Origin: Geobacter metallireducens GS-15
GTDB taxonomy: Bacteria; Desulfobacterota; Desulfuromonadia; Geobacterales; Geobacteraceae
Length of the DNA: 32,000 nt
Direction of reading: 5' to 3'
NCBI RefSeq assembly: GCF_000012925.1
Contig: NC_007517.1
Coordinates: forward strand, 1,110,001 to 1,142,000
Part shown: positions 24,536-32,000 of the stretch, piece by piece
Layout: every line of letters begins with the position of its first letter
Position numbering within the stretch: the stretch's first letter is position 1
The notes under the pieces: generated by a model
Told to the model about the DNA's origin: nothing
Databases searched by the model: none
The model's input: only the letters and a program-made list of their open reading frames with translations
Program-made: the position numbers and the translations under genes

Positions 24536-27500
24536 ATGCGATGGATCAAGGAGTTGACGGATCCGAAGGCGCGGCGATGGGAGGAATTCTACCGTAACCG
24601 CTGGCAGCACGACCGGGTCGTGCGGAGCACCCATGGCGTCAACTGTACCGGGGGGTGTTCGTGGCTGGTCTACGTGAAGGAAGGGATCGTCGCCTGGGAG
24701 ATGCAGGCCACGGACTATCCGCGTCTCGAAGCGGGGCTTCCCCCCTATGAACCCCGCGGCTGCCAGCGGGGGATCTCCTTTTCCTGGTACCTCTACAGTC
24801 CCCTCCGGATCAAGCATCCGACGATCCGGGGAAGCCTCCTCGACCTCTGGCGCGCGGCAAAGGAGGAGCACAGCGACCCGCTGGCCGCCTGGGGCTCCAT
24901 TGTGGAGGACAGCGAGAAACGGCGCAGTTACCAGCAGGCCCGGGGGAAGGGAGGGTTTCGCCGGACTTCCTGGGACGAGGCCCTGGAGATCACGGCCGCG
25001 TCCACGCTCTATACGATCAAGCGGTATGGCCCGGACAGGATCGTGGGGTTTTCCCCCATCCCGGCCATGTCCATGTGCAGCTACGCCGCCGGAACCAGGC
25101 TCCTTTCGCTCCTGGGAGGGGTGGTGCTGAGTTTTTACGACTGGTACGCCGATTTGCCTCCCGCCTCCCCCGAGACCTGGGGGGAGAAGACCGACGTGGC
25201 GGAGAGCGCCGACTGGTACAACAGCAAGTATATTGTGGTCATGGGGACAAACCTCTCCATGACGCGCACCCCGGACGTCCATTTCGTCGCGGAGGCCCGC
25301 ACCAACGGCGCCAAGCTGGTGGTGCTCTCGCCCGATTTCAGCCAGGTATCGAAATACGCCGACTGGTGGCTTCCCGTCACCGCCGGCCACGACGGGGCCT
25401 TCTGGATGGCGGTCAACCATGTCATTCTCAGGGAATTTTATGTCGAGCGCCACGTCCCGTACTTTGCCGACTACCTCGCGCGCTATTCGGACGCTCCGTT
25501 CCTGGTGACGCTCGACCGGGGGGATGGAGAACGGTATGTGCCGGGGCGGCTTCTGCGGGCGGAATCCCTGCCCCGTTACCGGAGGGAGGAAAACGGCGAG
25601 TGGAAGTTCCTCGTTTTCGACCGGCTGAGCGGGGAGCCGAGGATGCCCGGGGGGAGCATCGGGTTCCGCTGGCAGAGGGAAGCGGGGAGGTGGAACCTGG
25701 AGATGAAGGATGGCCTCGACGGTGCGGAGATCGAGCCCCTTCTCTCCCTTCTCGACGGGCGGGACGACGTTCTGCCGGTCAGCATCACCGATTACGCCGG
25801 CGGGACCAGCGTCGCGCGGGGCGTTCCGGTCAGGTATCTGGAGACCGCCACCGGGAGAACTCCCGTCACAACGGTCTTCGACCTCCTCATGGCAAACTTC
25901 GGCGTCGGGCGGGGCCTGTCCGGAGACTATCCGGAGGATTACAATGCCGCCGCGCCAGGAACCCCCGCCTGGCAGGAGGAGTACACCGGGGTTGGCCGCG
26001 AGACCCTGATCCGCTTTGCCCGGGAGTGGGCCGGCACCGCCGAGAGAACCCGGGGGAAATGCACCATCATCGTCGGTTCCGGCGCAAACCACTGGTATCA
26101 CAGCAACCTCACCTACCGGACCGGAATCACCGCCCTCATCCTCTGCGGCTGCGTCGGGGTGAACGGCGGCGGGCTCAACCACTACACCGGCCAGGAGAAG
26201 GTAGCTCCCGAGGCGTCTTGGTCTCTCCTCGCCTTTGCCAAGGATTGGACAAAGGGGGGGCGGTTCCAGAACACCCCGTCGTTCCACTACGTCCACAGCG
26301 ACCAATGGCGCTATGACGGGGGGGCGGCCGACCCGCGTCCCGATCCGAAAGGGGGACCGGCCGGCCGTCACCCCATGGATCTCCAGGTGGACGCGGTCCG
26401 CATGGGATGGCTCCCCTTTTATCCCCAGTTCGACCGCAACCCGCTCGAACTCGTGAAGGAGGCGGAGGCCGCGGGGGCGAAGGGTGACGAAGAGATTATC
26501 CGCTGGGTCGTGGAGGAACTGGAGAAGAAACGGCTCCGCTTCGCCGTGGAAGAGCCGGATGCCCCGGAGAACTGGCCCCGGCTCTGGCTCATCTGGCGGG
26601 GAAACGCGCTCCTCTCCAGCGCCAAGGGGCACGAATACTTCCTCAGGCACTATCTCGGCACCCATGACAGCAGCATCGCCGACGAGTGCGCCGCCGAGCA
26701 GGTGGAGAACGCGGCGTGGCAGGATGCCGCCCCCCGGGGGAAGCTCGATCTCGTCGTGGACATCAATTTCCGGATGGACACCTCGGCCCTCTACTCCGAT
26801 ATCGTCCTCCCCACGGCCACCTGGTACGAGAAGGACGATCTGAATACCACGGATCTCCACTCGTTCATACACCCCCTGTCGGCCGCCGTCCCCCCCTGCT
26901 GGGAATCCCGGAGCGACTGGGAGATATTCAAGGCCCTGGCGGAGAAGATCTCGGCACTGGCAAGAATCCACTTCCCTGAGCCGGTTCGGGACATCGTTGC
27001 CGCGCCCCTTCTCCACGACACCCCCGGCGAGATCGCCCAGAGCGAGGTGAGGGGGTGGCATCGGGGGGAGTGCGAGGCGGTTCCCGGCACGACCATGCCG
27101 CGGCTTGCCGTGGTTGAACGGGATTTTGTTCATCTCTTAGACCGCTTTGTCTCGCTGGGTGAAGAGGTAAAACGGGAGGGGATCGAAGAGCGGGGACTCC
27201 GGTGGCCGGTTGCCGATCTCTACGACGAACTGCTGGAGAGTGCTCCGGTCCGCGAGTGGGGGGGGAAGCGGTTTCCCTCCCTTGCGGAGGCGGTCGATGC
27301 GGCAAACGCGATACTCCACTTTGCGCCCGAGACCAACGGCGAGGTTGCCTGGCGCGCCTTCCGGTCCCTGGAGGAGAAGACCGGCCTCACCCTCGCCGAC
27401 CTCGCCTCCGACTACCGGGGGACCAGGTATCGCTTCAGCGACCTGGTCAGCCAGCCGCGCCGCATCCTTACGAGCCCCTGCTGGTCGGGGGTCACCAACA

Positions 27501-28150
27501 ACGGCCGCCCCTACGCCCCCTATTGCCTCAACGTGGAGCGCTTGGTCCCCTGGCGGACCCTGACCGGCCGCCAGCATTTCTATCTGGATCACGGGTGGTA
27601 TCGCGCCTTCGGCGAACACCTCCCGACCTTCAAGACAAGGATCGACACAGAGGAATCGGGCCACCTGGCGAAGAGCAGGCCGGTCGGCAAGGCTCTCATG
27701 CTCAACTGCCTTACCCCCCACGGCAAGTGGCACATGCATACGACCTATTACGACAATCACCGGATGCTCACCCTGTCCCGGGGTATCGAGCCCTTCTGGC
27801 TGAACGACCGGGATGCCGAGGAGATCGGGGTGAAGGACAACGAGTGGGTGGAAGTGTACAACGACAATGGGGTCGTGGTGACCCGGGCCGTGGTAAGCGC
27901 CCGGATCCCCCGAGGGGTCGGCATCTACTATCACGCGCCGGAGCGGACCATTTCCGTTCCCCTCTCCCCCCTCAGGGGGAACAGGCGCGCCGGCGGGCAC
28001 AACAGCCTGACCCGAGCCCGGTTGAAGCCGGTGCTGATGGCCGGCGGCTATGGCCAGCTCTCCTACGCCTTCAATGCCTGGGGACCGCCGGGGAGCGACC
28101 GGGACACCTACGTGTATGTGCACAAGCTTGAGGGGGCCCTTCGCTATTGA
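24536..28150 (+). CDS. narG: Respiratory nitrate reductase alpha subunit (NarG-type Mo-bisPGD enzyme)
   Basis: 1204 aa, recognisably similar along its length to E. coli NarG as I recall it. It has the FS0 motif '[13 protein letters not shown]' and '[32 protein letters not shown]', which includes the Mo-ligand Asp context. There is no Tat signal. Confidence 0.95.
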   Translation: MRWIKELTDPKARRWEEFYRNRWQHDRVVRSTHGVNCTGGCSWLVYVKEGIVAWEMQATDYPRLEAGLPPYEPRGCQRGISFSWYLYSPLRIKHPTIRGSLLDLWRAAKEEHSDPLAAWGSIVEDSEKRRSYQQARGKGGFRRTSWDEALEITAASTLYTIKRYGPDRIVGFSPIPAMSMCSYAAGTRLLSLLGGVVLSFYDWYADLPPASPETWGEKTDVAESADWYNSKYIVVMGTNLSMTRTPDVHFVAEARTNGAKLVVLSPDFSQVSKYADWWLPVTAGHDGAFWMAVNHVILREFYVERHVPYFADYLARYSDAPFLVTLDRGDGERYVPGRLLRAESLPRYRREENGEWKFLVFDRLSGEPRMPGGSIGFRWQREAGRWNLEMKDGLDGAEIEPLLSLLDGRDDVLPVSITDYAGGTSVARGVPVRYLETATGRTPVTTVFDLLMANFGVGRGLSGDYPEDYNAAAPGTPAWQEEYTGVGRETLIRFAREWAGTAERTRGKCTIIVGSGANHWYHSNLTYRTGITALILCGCVGVNGGGLNHYTGQEKVAPEASWSLLAFAKDWTKGGRFQNTPSFHYVHSDQWRYDGGAADPRPDPKGGPAGRHPMDLQVDAVRMGWLPFYPQFDRNPLELVKEAEAAGAKGDEEIIRWVVEELEKKRLRFAVEEPDAPENWPRLWLIWRGNALLSSAKGHEYFLRHYLGTHDSSIADECAAEQVENAAWQDAAPRGKLDLVVDINFRMDTSALYSDIVLPTATWYEKDDLNTTDLHSFIHPLSAAVPPCWESRSDWEIFKALAEKISALARIHFPEPVRDIVAAPLLHDTPGEIAQSEVRGWHRGECEAVPGTTMPRLAVVERDFVHLLDRFVSLGEEVKREGIEERGLRWPVADLYDELLESAPVREWGGKRFPSLAEAVDAANAILHFAPETNGEVAWRAFRSLEEKTGLTLADLASDYRGTRYRFSDLVSQPRRILTSPCWSGVTNNGRPYAPYCLNVERLVPWRTLTGRQHFYLDHGWYRAFGEHLPTFKTRIDTEESGHLAKSRPVGKALMLNCLTPHGKWHMHTTYYDNHRMLTLSRGIEPFWLNDRDAEEIGVKDNEWVEVYNDNGVVVTRAVVSARIPRGVGIYYHAPERTISVPLSPLRGNRRAGGHNSLTRARLKPVLMAGGYGQLSYAFNAWGPPGSDRDTYVYVHKLEGALRY

Positions 28151-28200
28151 GGGGAGAGGGAACGGTTATTCCCGTCGGGATCTGAGGAAGGAGAAGCGCC

Positions 28201-29688
28201 ATGAAAGTCCGTGCCCAGGTTTCCATGGTGTTCAACCTGGACAAGTGTATCGGCTGCCACACGTGCAGCATCGCCTGCAAGAACATCTGGAGCGACCGCC
28301 GGGGCGCCGAGTACATGTGGTGGAACAACGTGGAGACGAAGCCGGGGACCGGCTATCCGACCCTCTGGGAGGACCAGGAGAAGTACCGGGGAGGGTGGGA
28401 GCGAACCGACAGGGAACCGCGCCTCCGGCTCCACTCCCGGGGTGGCGGATTGGCGAAGCTATTCTTCAATCCCCGTCTCCCGACCATTGACGACTATTAC
28501 GAGCCGTGGAGCTACCGGTACGGCGATCTCCTCAGCGCCCCGGCCGGGGATGACCAGCCGGTGGCACGCCCGGTCTCCCTGGTGACCGGAGACCCCATCA
28601 ACATCGAGGCCGGGCCCAACTGGGACGACGATCTCGGGGGCTCTCCCGTCTATGGGGCTCATGACCCGAACCTTGCTGCCGTGAGCGAGGCGGAACGGCG
28701 TCAACTCTTCCTCCTGGAGCGGATGGTCCTCTTCTATCTTCCCCGGATCTGCAACCACTGCGCGAATCCCGGGTGCGTGGCCGCCTGTCCTTCCGGGGCC
28801 ATCTACAAGCGGGGCGAAGACGGCATTGTCCTGGTGAGTCAGGAGAAGTGCCGGGGCTGGCGCATGTGCGTTTCGGGATGTCCCTACAAGAAGGTCTATT
28901 ACAATTGGGGTAGCGGTAAGTCGGAAAAATGCATCCTCTGCTATCCCCGCCAGGAGACCGGCCAGGCCCCGGCCTGTTTCCATTCCTGCGTCGGGCGGCT
29001 CCGCTACCTGGGAGTGCTCCTCTACGATGCGGAGCGAATCGAACGGAGTGCTTCGCGCCCCGACCACGACCTGGTGCAGGCGCAACGGGAGATGATTCTC
29101 GACCCCTCCGATCCCGAGGTTGTCAATAAGGCGGCGGAAGAGGGGATTCACCCAGCGGTCCTGGCCGCTGCCCGTAATTCGCCGGTCTATCGATTCGTCA
29201 AGGAGTGGCGGCTGGCACTGCCGCTTCATCCCGAATTCGGCACCGTCCCGATGCTCTATTACGTCCCTCCGCTCCTGCCGCTTGCCGCCGATCGGGAAAA
29301 TGGCTGCTATGACCTCGGGGGGGAGTTCTTCACCTCCCTAGAGCAGGGGCGCTTGCCGCTTCGCTATCTCGCATCCCTCTTCTCGGCAGGCAATGAAGAA
29401 ATCATCCGCGCGGTCTACCGGAAACTCACGGCGGTCCGTGTTCACCGTCGAGCGGCCACCACGGGAGATGTGCCGGCCGGCGAGTTGGAACGGTTCCTCG
29501 CGGAAGCGGGCACCACCCCGGAGGAAGCCGAGGCGATCTACCATATGACGTCACTTGCCGGGTTTGATGAGCGGCACGCCGTTCCCCCCTTCATGCGGGA
29601 GATGGCGATGGAAATGTCGGTCGATCCGGCTGACCGGAAAGGGGAGGCGGGAACGGGATTCCTTCGGCCTCCGAAAAGGGGATGGTGA
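28201..29688 (+). CDS. narH: Respiratory nitrate reductase beta subunit (four Fe-S clusters)
   Basis: 'CIGCHTCSIACK', 'CNHCANPGCVAACP', 'CRGWRMCVSGCPY' and 'CILCYPR...CFHSCVGRLRY', with NarH-like length and order. Confidence 0.95.
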   Translation: MKVRAQVSMVFNLDKCIGCHTCSIACKNIWSDRRGAEYMWWNNVETKPGTGYPTLWEDQEKYRGGWERTDREPRLRLHSRGGGLAKLFFNPRLPTIDDYYEPWSYRYGDLLSAPAGDDQPVARPVSLVTGDPINIEAGPNWDDDLGGSPVYGAHDPNLAAVSEAERRQLFLLERMVLFYLPRICNHCANPGCVAACPSGAIYKRGEDGIVLVSQEKCRGWRMCVSGCPYKKVYYNWGSGKSEKCILCYPRQETGQAPACFHSCVGRLRYLGVLLYDAERIERSASRPDHDLVQAQREMILDPSDPEVVNKAAEEGIHPAVLAAARNSPVYRFVKEWRLALPLHPEFGTVPMLYYVPPLLPLAADRENGCYDLGGEFFTSLEQGRLPLRYLASLFSAGNEEIIRAVYRKLTAVRVHRRAATTGDVPAGELERFLAEAGTTPEEAEAIYHMTSLAGFDERHAVPPFMREMAMEMSVDPADRKGEAGTGFLRPPKRGW

Positions 29689-29791
29689 TGGCCACGATAT
29701 GCCGGTCGATTCCGGACTGTCGGACCATATCTGCGCCATCCTCCGGTTTCTTGCCCGTCCGGCCGGAACAGCCCCGAACAGCGGTGACCCT

Positions 29792-30481
29792 ATGACTGAC
29801 TATCTCTTTTTCGGTGTTTTCCCCTACGTTGCCCTCGTTGTCGCAGTGGGCGGCGGGGTGTATCGGTATGCGAAGGAACGGTTTTCCTTTTCAAGCCTCT
29901 CTTCCCAGTTTCTGGAGAACCGGGCCCTTTTCTGGGGGAGTGTTGCCTGGCATTACGGCATTGTCCTGGTTCTCCTCGCCCATCTCGCGGCACTGCTCCT
30001 CCCCGCATCCTGGGGGCGCCTCCTGGGCGACCCGCTCCGTCTCGCCGTCCTTGAAGTGACCGGCCTTGCCCTCGGGCTGTTCACCCTTGCCGGCATCGTG
30101 GTCCTTCTGTTCAGGCGGATCGCCAGTCCGAAGGCGTGGGCGGTTGTCACGGTCATGGACTTGTTCCTGTTGGCCGTCCTTGTTCTTCAAGTGGGTACCG
30201 GACTTTACAATGCTTTCGTGTATCGCTGGGGTTCCCTCTGGTATCTTTCCCTGGCCGTCCCCTGGCTCCACTCCCTGGCATGCCTGAACCCGGATATCAA
30301 ATACATTGTTCCACTCCCGTTGCCGGTTAAAGTGCACCTGTTCAACGCCTTTGTCATCTTTGTTCTCTTTCCGGTCACCCGGCTGGTGCACATCGTGTCG
30401 ATACCCGTTTCCTATCTCTGGCGCCCCTGGCAGATAGCTGTCTGGAATAAGCCTCCGCGTTGGATGATCCCAAGGAAGTGA
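29792..30481 (+). CDS. narI: Respiratory nitrate reductase gamma subunit (diheme b, membrane)
   Basis: 229 aa from 'MTDYLFFGVFPYVALVV' with five hydrophobic helices. His pairs 'WHYGIVLVLLAH' and 'HLFNAFVIFVLFPVTRLVH' sit at positions expected for the two b-heme ligand pairs. The track ORF (29555) has a non-native 5' extension. Confidence 0.9.
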   Translation: MTDYLFFGVFPYVALVVAVGGGVYRYAKERFSFSSLSSQFLENRALFWGSVAWHYGIVLVLLAHLAALLLPASWGRLLGDPLRLAVLEVTGLALGLFTLAGIVVLLFRRIASPKAWAVVTVMDLFLLAVLVLQVGTGLYNAFVYRWGSLWYLSLAVPWLHSLACLNPDIKYIVPLPLPVKVHLFNAFVIFVLFPVTRLVHIVSIPVSYLWRPWQIAVWNKPPRWMIPRK

Positions 30482-30867
30482 ACGGGATCGTGGTGGAGAG
30501 CGAGCAGGGCAGGGGAACGACCGTGCGGGTCCTGATTCCGCGGACCGAGCAGATCGAACGGGCACTCGCATCGGCCCGCACGGAACCGACCCTCTTTCCC
30601 CAGCACCTCCCCCCCGACATCCGCGTTCAGATCGCGCGGGCAGCCGTGGAGCAACCCGTGTCAGGGGCAGGTCCCCATCGGATCACCCAATCGCTGCCGC
30701 GGCTCCAGGACTTTCGCGAAACGGTGCTCGCCCGGGCCGAAAAGGAATACCTGCGCGATCTGCTCTCCCTCACCGGCAGCGATCTCAAGGAGGCGTGCCG
30801 CATTGCCGGACTGTCACTGTCGCGGTTGTACGCCCTTCTCAGCAAGCACGGCATCAAGCCTTCGTAA
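30460..30867 (+). pseudogene. Chimeric regulatory remnant: histidine-kinase C-terminal tail fused to the Fis-type HTH tail of a sigma54-activator-like protein
   Basis: The ORF has only a TTG start and overlaps the narI 3' end. 'NGIVVESEQGRGTTVRVLIPR' is the extreme C-terminus of a HATPase_c domain. 'AEKEYLRDLLSLTGSDLKEACRIAGLSLSRLYALLSKHGI' is a typical HTH_8/Fis C-terminus. No receiver, AAA+ or HisKA parts are present. Confidence 0.5.
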
Positions 30868-31028
30868 CGATTTCCAACCGGTTTCAGTCCCGTGATGCCA
30901 CAGAATCTGTCCTCCAAAATTCTTTCAAAAAAAGTGTCGAGCTTTAATCCTTCCTTCATCTTCGCTTTGCTAGGCTGAAGTCAAAGCATGGGGGAAAACC
31001 GGAGTCGCTCCCGGAAAAGGAGGAGAGT

Positions 31029-31436
31029 ATGAAGAACTTTATTACAACCATGGCAAAGGAACTGATCGCGGCATTCGAGAGAGAGTATGCGGAGGCCGAA
31101 CAGTACAAAAGTACCGTCTCCGGAACGGTCAGAAGCCTTCCCGAAGGAATGACCGGCATCTGGGATGTGGATGGCAGGGAGGTCAACGTGCCGAAAGGGA
31201 CCTTCATCAAGGCGGATCATGGAAAGGCCGAAGTGGGCGCCTCTGTGGAGGTTGAGGGGACCCTTAGCGGCAAGACGCTGAATGCTTACCGGATTGCCGT
31301 AACGAGGGGCGCCACGGAAGCGCAGAAAATCCGCGGGGCCGTCGACAAGCTTCCGGTCGGCAAGTATGAAAAATGGAGCGCGCACAACGCGGGGATGCTG
31401 GTGGCAACGAGATGTCGCCATCAGGCAAAAGCGTGA
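31029..31436 (+). CDS. DUF5666-like small protein, paralogue 1 (no signal peptide, 3' extension)
   Basis: 'GTVRSLPEGMTGIWDVDGREVNVPKGTFIKADHGKAEVGASVEVEG' parallels the downstream gene. RBS AAGGAGGAG is present. The family assignment is from memory of the G-x-V...W-x-V-x-G-x-x-V-x-V...VEV-x-G pattern. Confidence 0.55.
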   Translation: MKNFITTMAKELIAAFEREYAEAEQYKSTVSGTVRSLPEGMTGIWDVDGREVNVPKGTFIKADHGKAEVGASVEVEGTLSGKTLNAYRIAVTRGATEAQKIRGAVDKLPVGKYEKWSAHNAGMLVATRCRHQAKA

Positions 31437-31519
31437 CAGGACAGAAGGTGGGGCCTGTGAGGAGGTTGAAGGCCCCAATGGGGGAGGCACGGTCGGAATC
31501 ACCGGGACAGGAGGATAAC

Positions 31520-31840
31520 ATGAAAAACTTCATCGCCATCGTGGCACTGGGGCTGTTCGTGGCGCTGGCGGCAGGAGTTACATTCGCCAGCGAGCATGGA
31601 AGGCATGAAGGAAAAGAGGCGGGACAGTATGAAAGCACGATCTACGGAACGGTCAGAAGCCTCCCCAGCGGGATGATCGGCGTCTGGAACGTGAACGGCA
31701 GGGAGGTCAACGTAACGAAAGCCACCAGTATCAAGGAAAAGCATGGAAAAGCTGAAGTGGGGGCCTACGTGGAGGTGGATGGGCACCATGCCGGCAAGGT
31801 CTTTTCCGCCGGCAAGATCGAGGTAAAAAGGGGAAAGTGA
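31520..31840 (+). CDS. DUF5666-like small secreted protein, paralogue 2
   Basis: 106 aa from 'MKNFIAIVALGLFVALAAGVTFA' (signal peptide), then the His-rich 'SEHGRHEGKE' and 'GTVRSLPSGMIGVWNVNGREVNVTKATSIKEKHGKAEVGAYVEVDGHHAGK'. RBS GGAGGA is present. The track ORF starts at 31373. Confidence 0.65.
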   Translation: MKNFIAIVALGLFVALAAGVTFASEHGRHEGKEAGQYESTIYGTVRSLPSGMIGVWNVNGREVNVTKATSIKEKHGKAEVGAYVEVDGHHAGKVFSAGKIEVKRGK

Positions 31841-31852
31841 TAGGCACTGAGT

Positions 31853-31876
31853 CGGGGCGGGGTCTTCCCTGCCCCG
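31853..31876 (+). terminator. Strong hairpin downstream of paralogue 2 (terminator-like, no U-tract)
   Basis: CGGGGCGGGG-TCTT-CCCTGCCCCG: a 10-bp stem with one G-U pair and a tetraloop. No T-run follows. Confidence 0.3.
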
Positions 31877-31938
31877 GCAACGGTTCCCTCTGGTAGAATG
31901 AAAGGAAGTCATGACCTCTGGCCTAACGGTGGCGCGAG

Positions 31939-32000
31939 ATGAAAATCCTCATTATCGAAGACGAAAAGAGAATGGCCGGGATTCTGAAAAAGGGGCTCGA
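31939..32000 (+). CDS. OmpR-family response regulator, CusR/CopR-like N-terminus (partial; continues beyond the window)
   Basis: 'MKILIIEDEKRMAGILKKGL' closely resembles the N-termini of heavy-metal-type OmpR-family regulators, which I recall as '[20 protein letters not shown]' for CusR. Confidence 0.7.
   Translation, partial: MKILIIEDEKRMAGILKKGL

Noticed and set aside
24080-27133. 1017-aa ORF on the minus strand, antisense to narG; similar long antisense ORFs lie opposite narG/narH at 27137-28123 and 28459-29229
   Set aside because: The product is dominated by Arg/Gly/Pro/Ala runs and has no motifs. It lies exactly opposite a gene with unmistakable NarG identity. Long stop-free antisense frames are expected in GC3-rich coding DNA, so these are shadow ORFs.
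30897-30912. 'GCCACAGAATCTGTCC' resembles the inner part of the ISL3 inverted repeat (GCAGAATCTGTGG), a possible solo IR or IS scar
   Set aside because: Only about 10 contiguous nt match. The diagnostic terminal GGCTCTTTA is absent and there is no second end or duplication, so this is most likely chance. It is also a weak near-palindrome (ACAGAATCTGT).
30868-31028. Searched for a sigma54 (-24 GG / -12 GC) promoter upstream of the DUF5666-like genes, given the adjacent activator-like remnant
   Set aside because: 'TTGCT' is present, but there is no GG dinucleotide at the correct upstream spacing.
1-32000. CRISPR arrays, rRNA and tRNA genes, or longer tandem repeats
   Set aside because: Reading both strands showed no regularly spaced direct repeats and no rRNA- or tRNA-like conserved blocks. 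The only repeats are the IS termini and duplication, the two palindromes and the tandem paralogue pair reported above.

Overview
High-GC chromosomal window that looks like Geobacter/Desulfuromonadales (inference from gene content and composition). It consists mostly of tightly packed housekeeping and respiratory genes.

Gene order, left to right:
- NitT/TauT-type ABC transporter (binding protein, ATPase, permease).
- QueG-like Fe-S protein.
- A visibly AT-richer islet at about 3.7-8.3 kb.
- FdhE-like protein.
- GAF-PAS histidine kinase.
- DksA/TraR-like gene followed by an AmmeMemoRadiSam-type radical SAM gene.
- Nucleotidyltransferase, PEBP, AhpD-like and ABM proteins.
- Hemerythrin, rhodanese, HtrA/DegP protease and a secreted helical-repeat protein.
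- Aconitase AcnA.
- A respiratory nitrate-reductase-like cluster: SRPBCC-like ORF, small Rieske protein, diheme cytochrome c, NarG, NarH, NarI. It has no narJ.
- A chimeric regulatory gene remnant.
- Two tandem paralogous small OB-like (DUF5666-like) proteins.
- The 5' end of a CusR/OmpR-type response regulator.

The most unusual part is the AT-rich islet. It carries three co-directional minus-strand genes: a large sensor protein with a diadenylate-cyclase-like (DisA_N/DAC) domain, an orphan protein with one TM helix and a zinc ribbon, and a HAD hydrolase. The DAC-like gene is cleanly split by a 1372-bp ISL3-family IS with imperfect 22-bp terminal inverted repeats and an 8-bp target duplication (AAGGATTT). 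Removing the IS and one duplication copy restores one continuous reading frame that contains the GTRHR signature.

I found no rRNA, tRNA or CRISPR array. The many long antisense ORFs in the track are GC-driven shadow ORFs.
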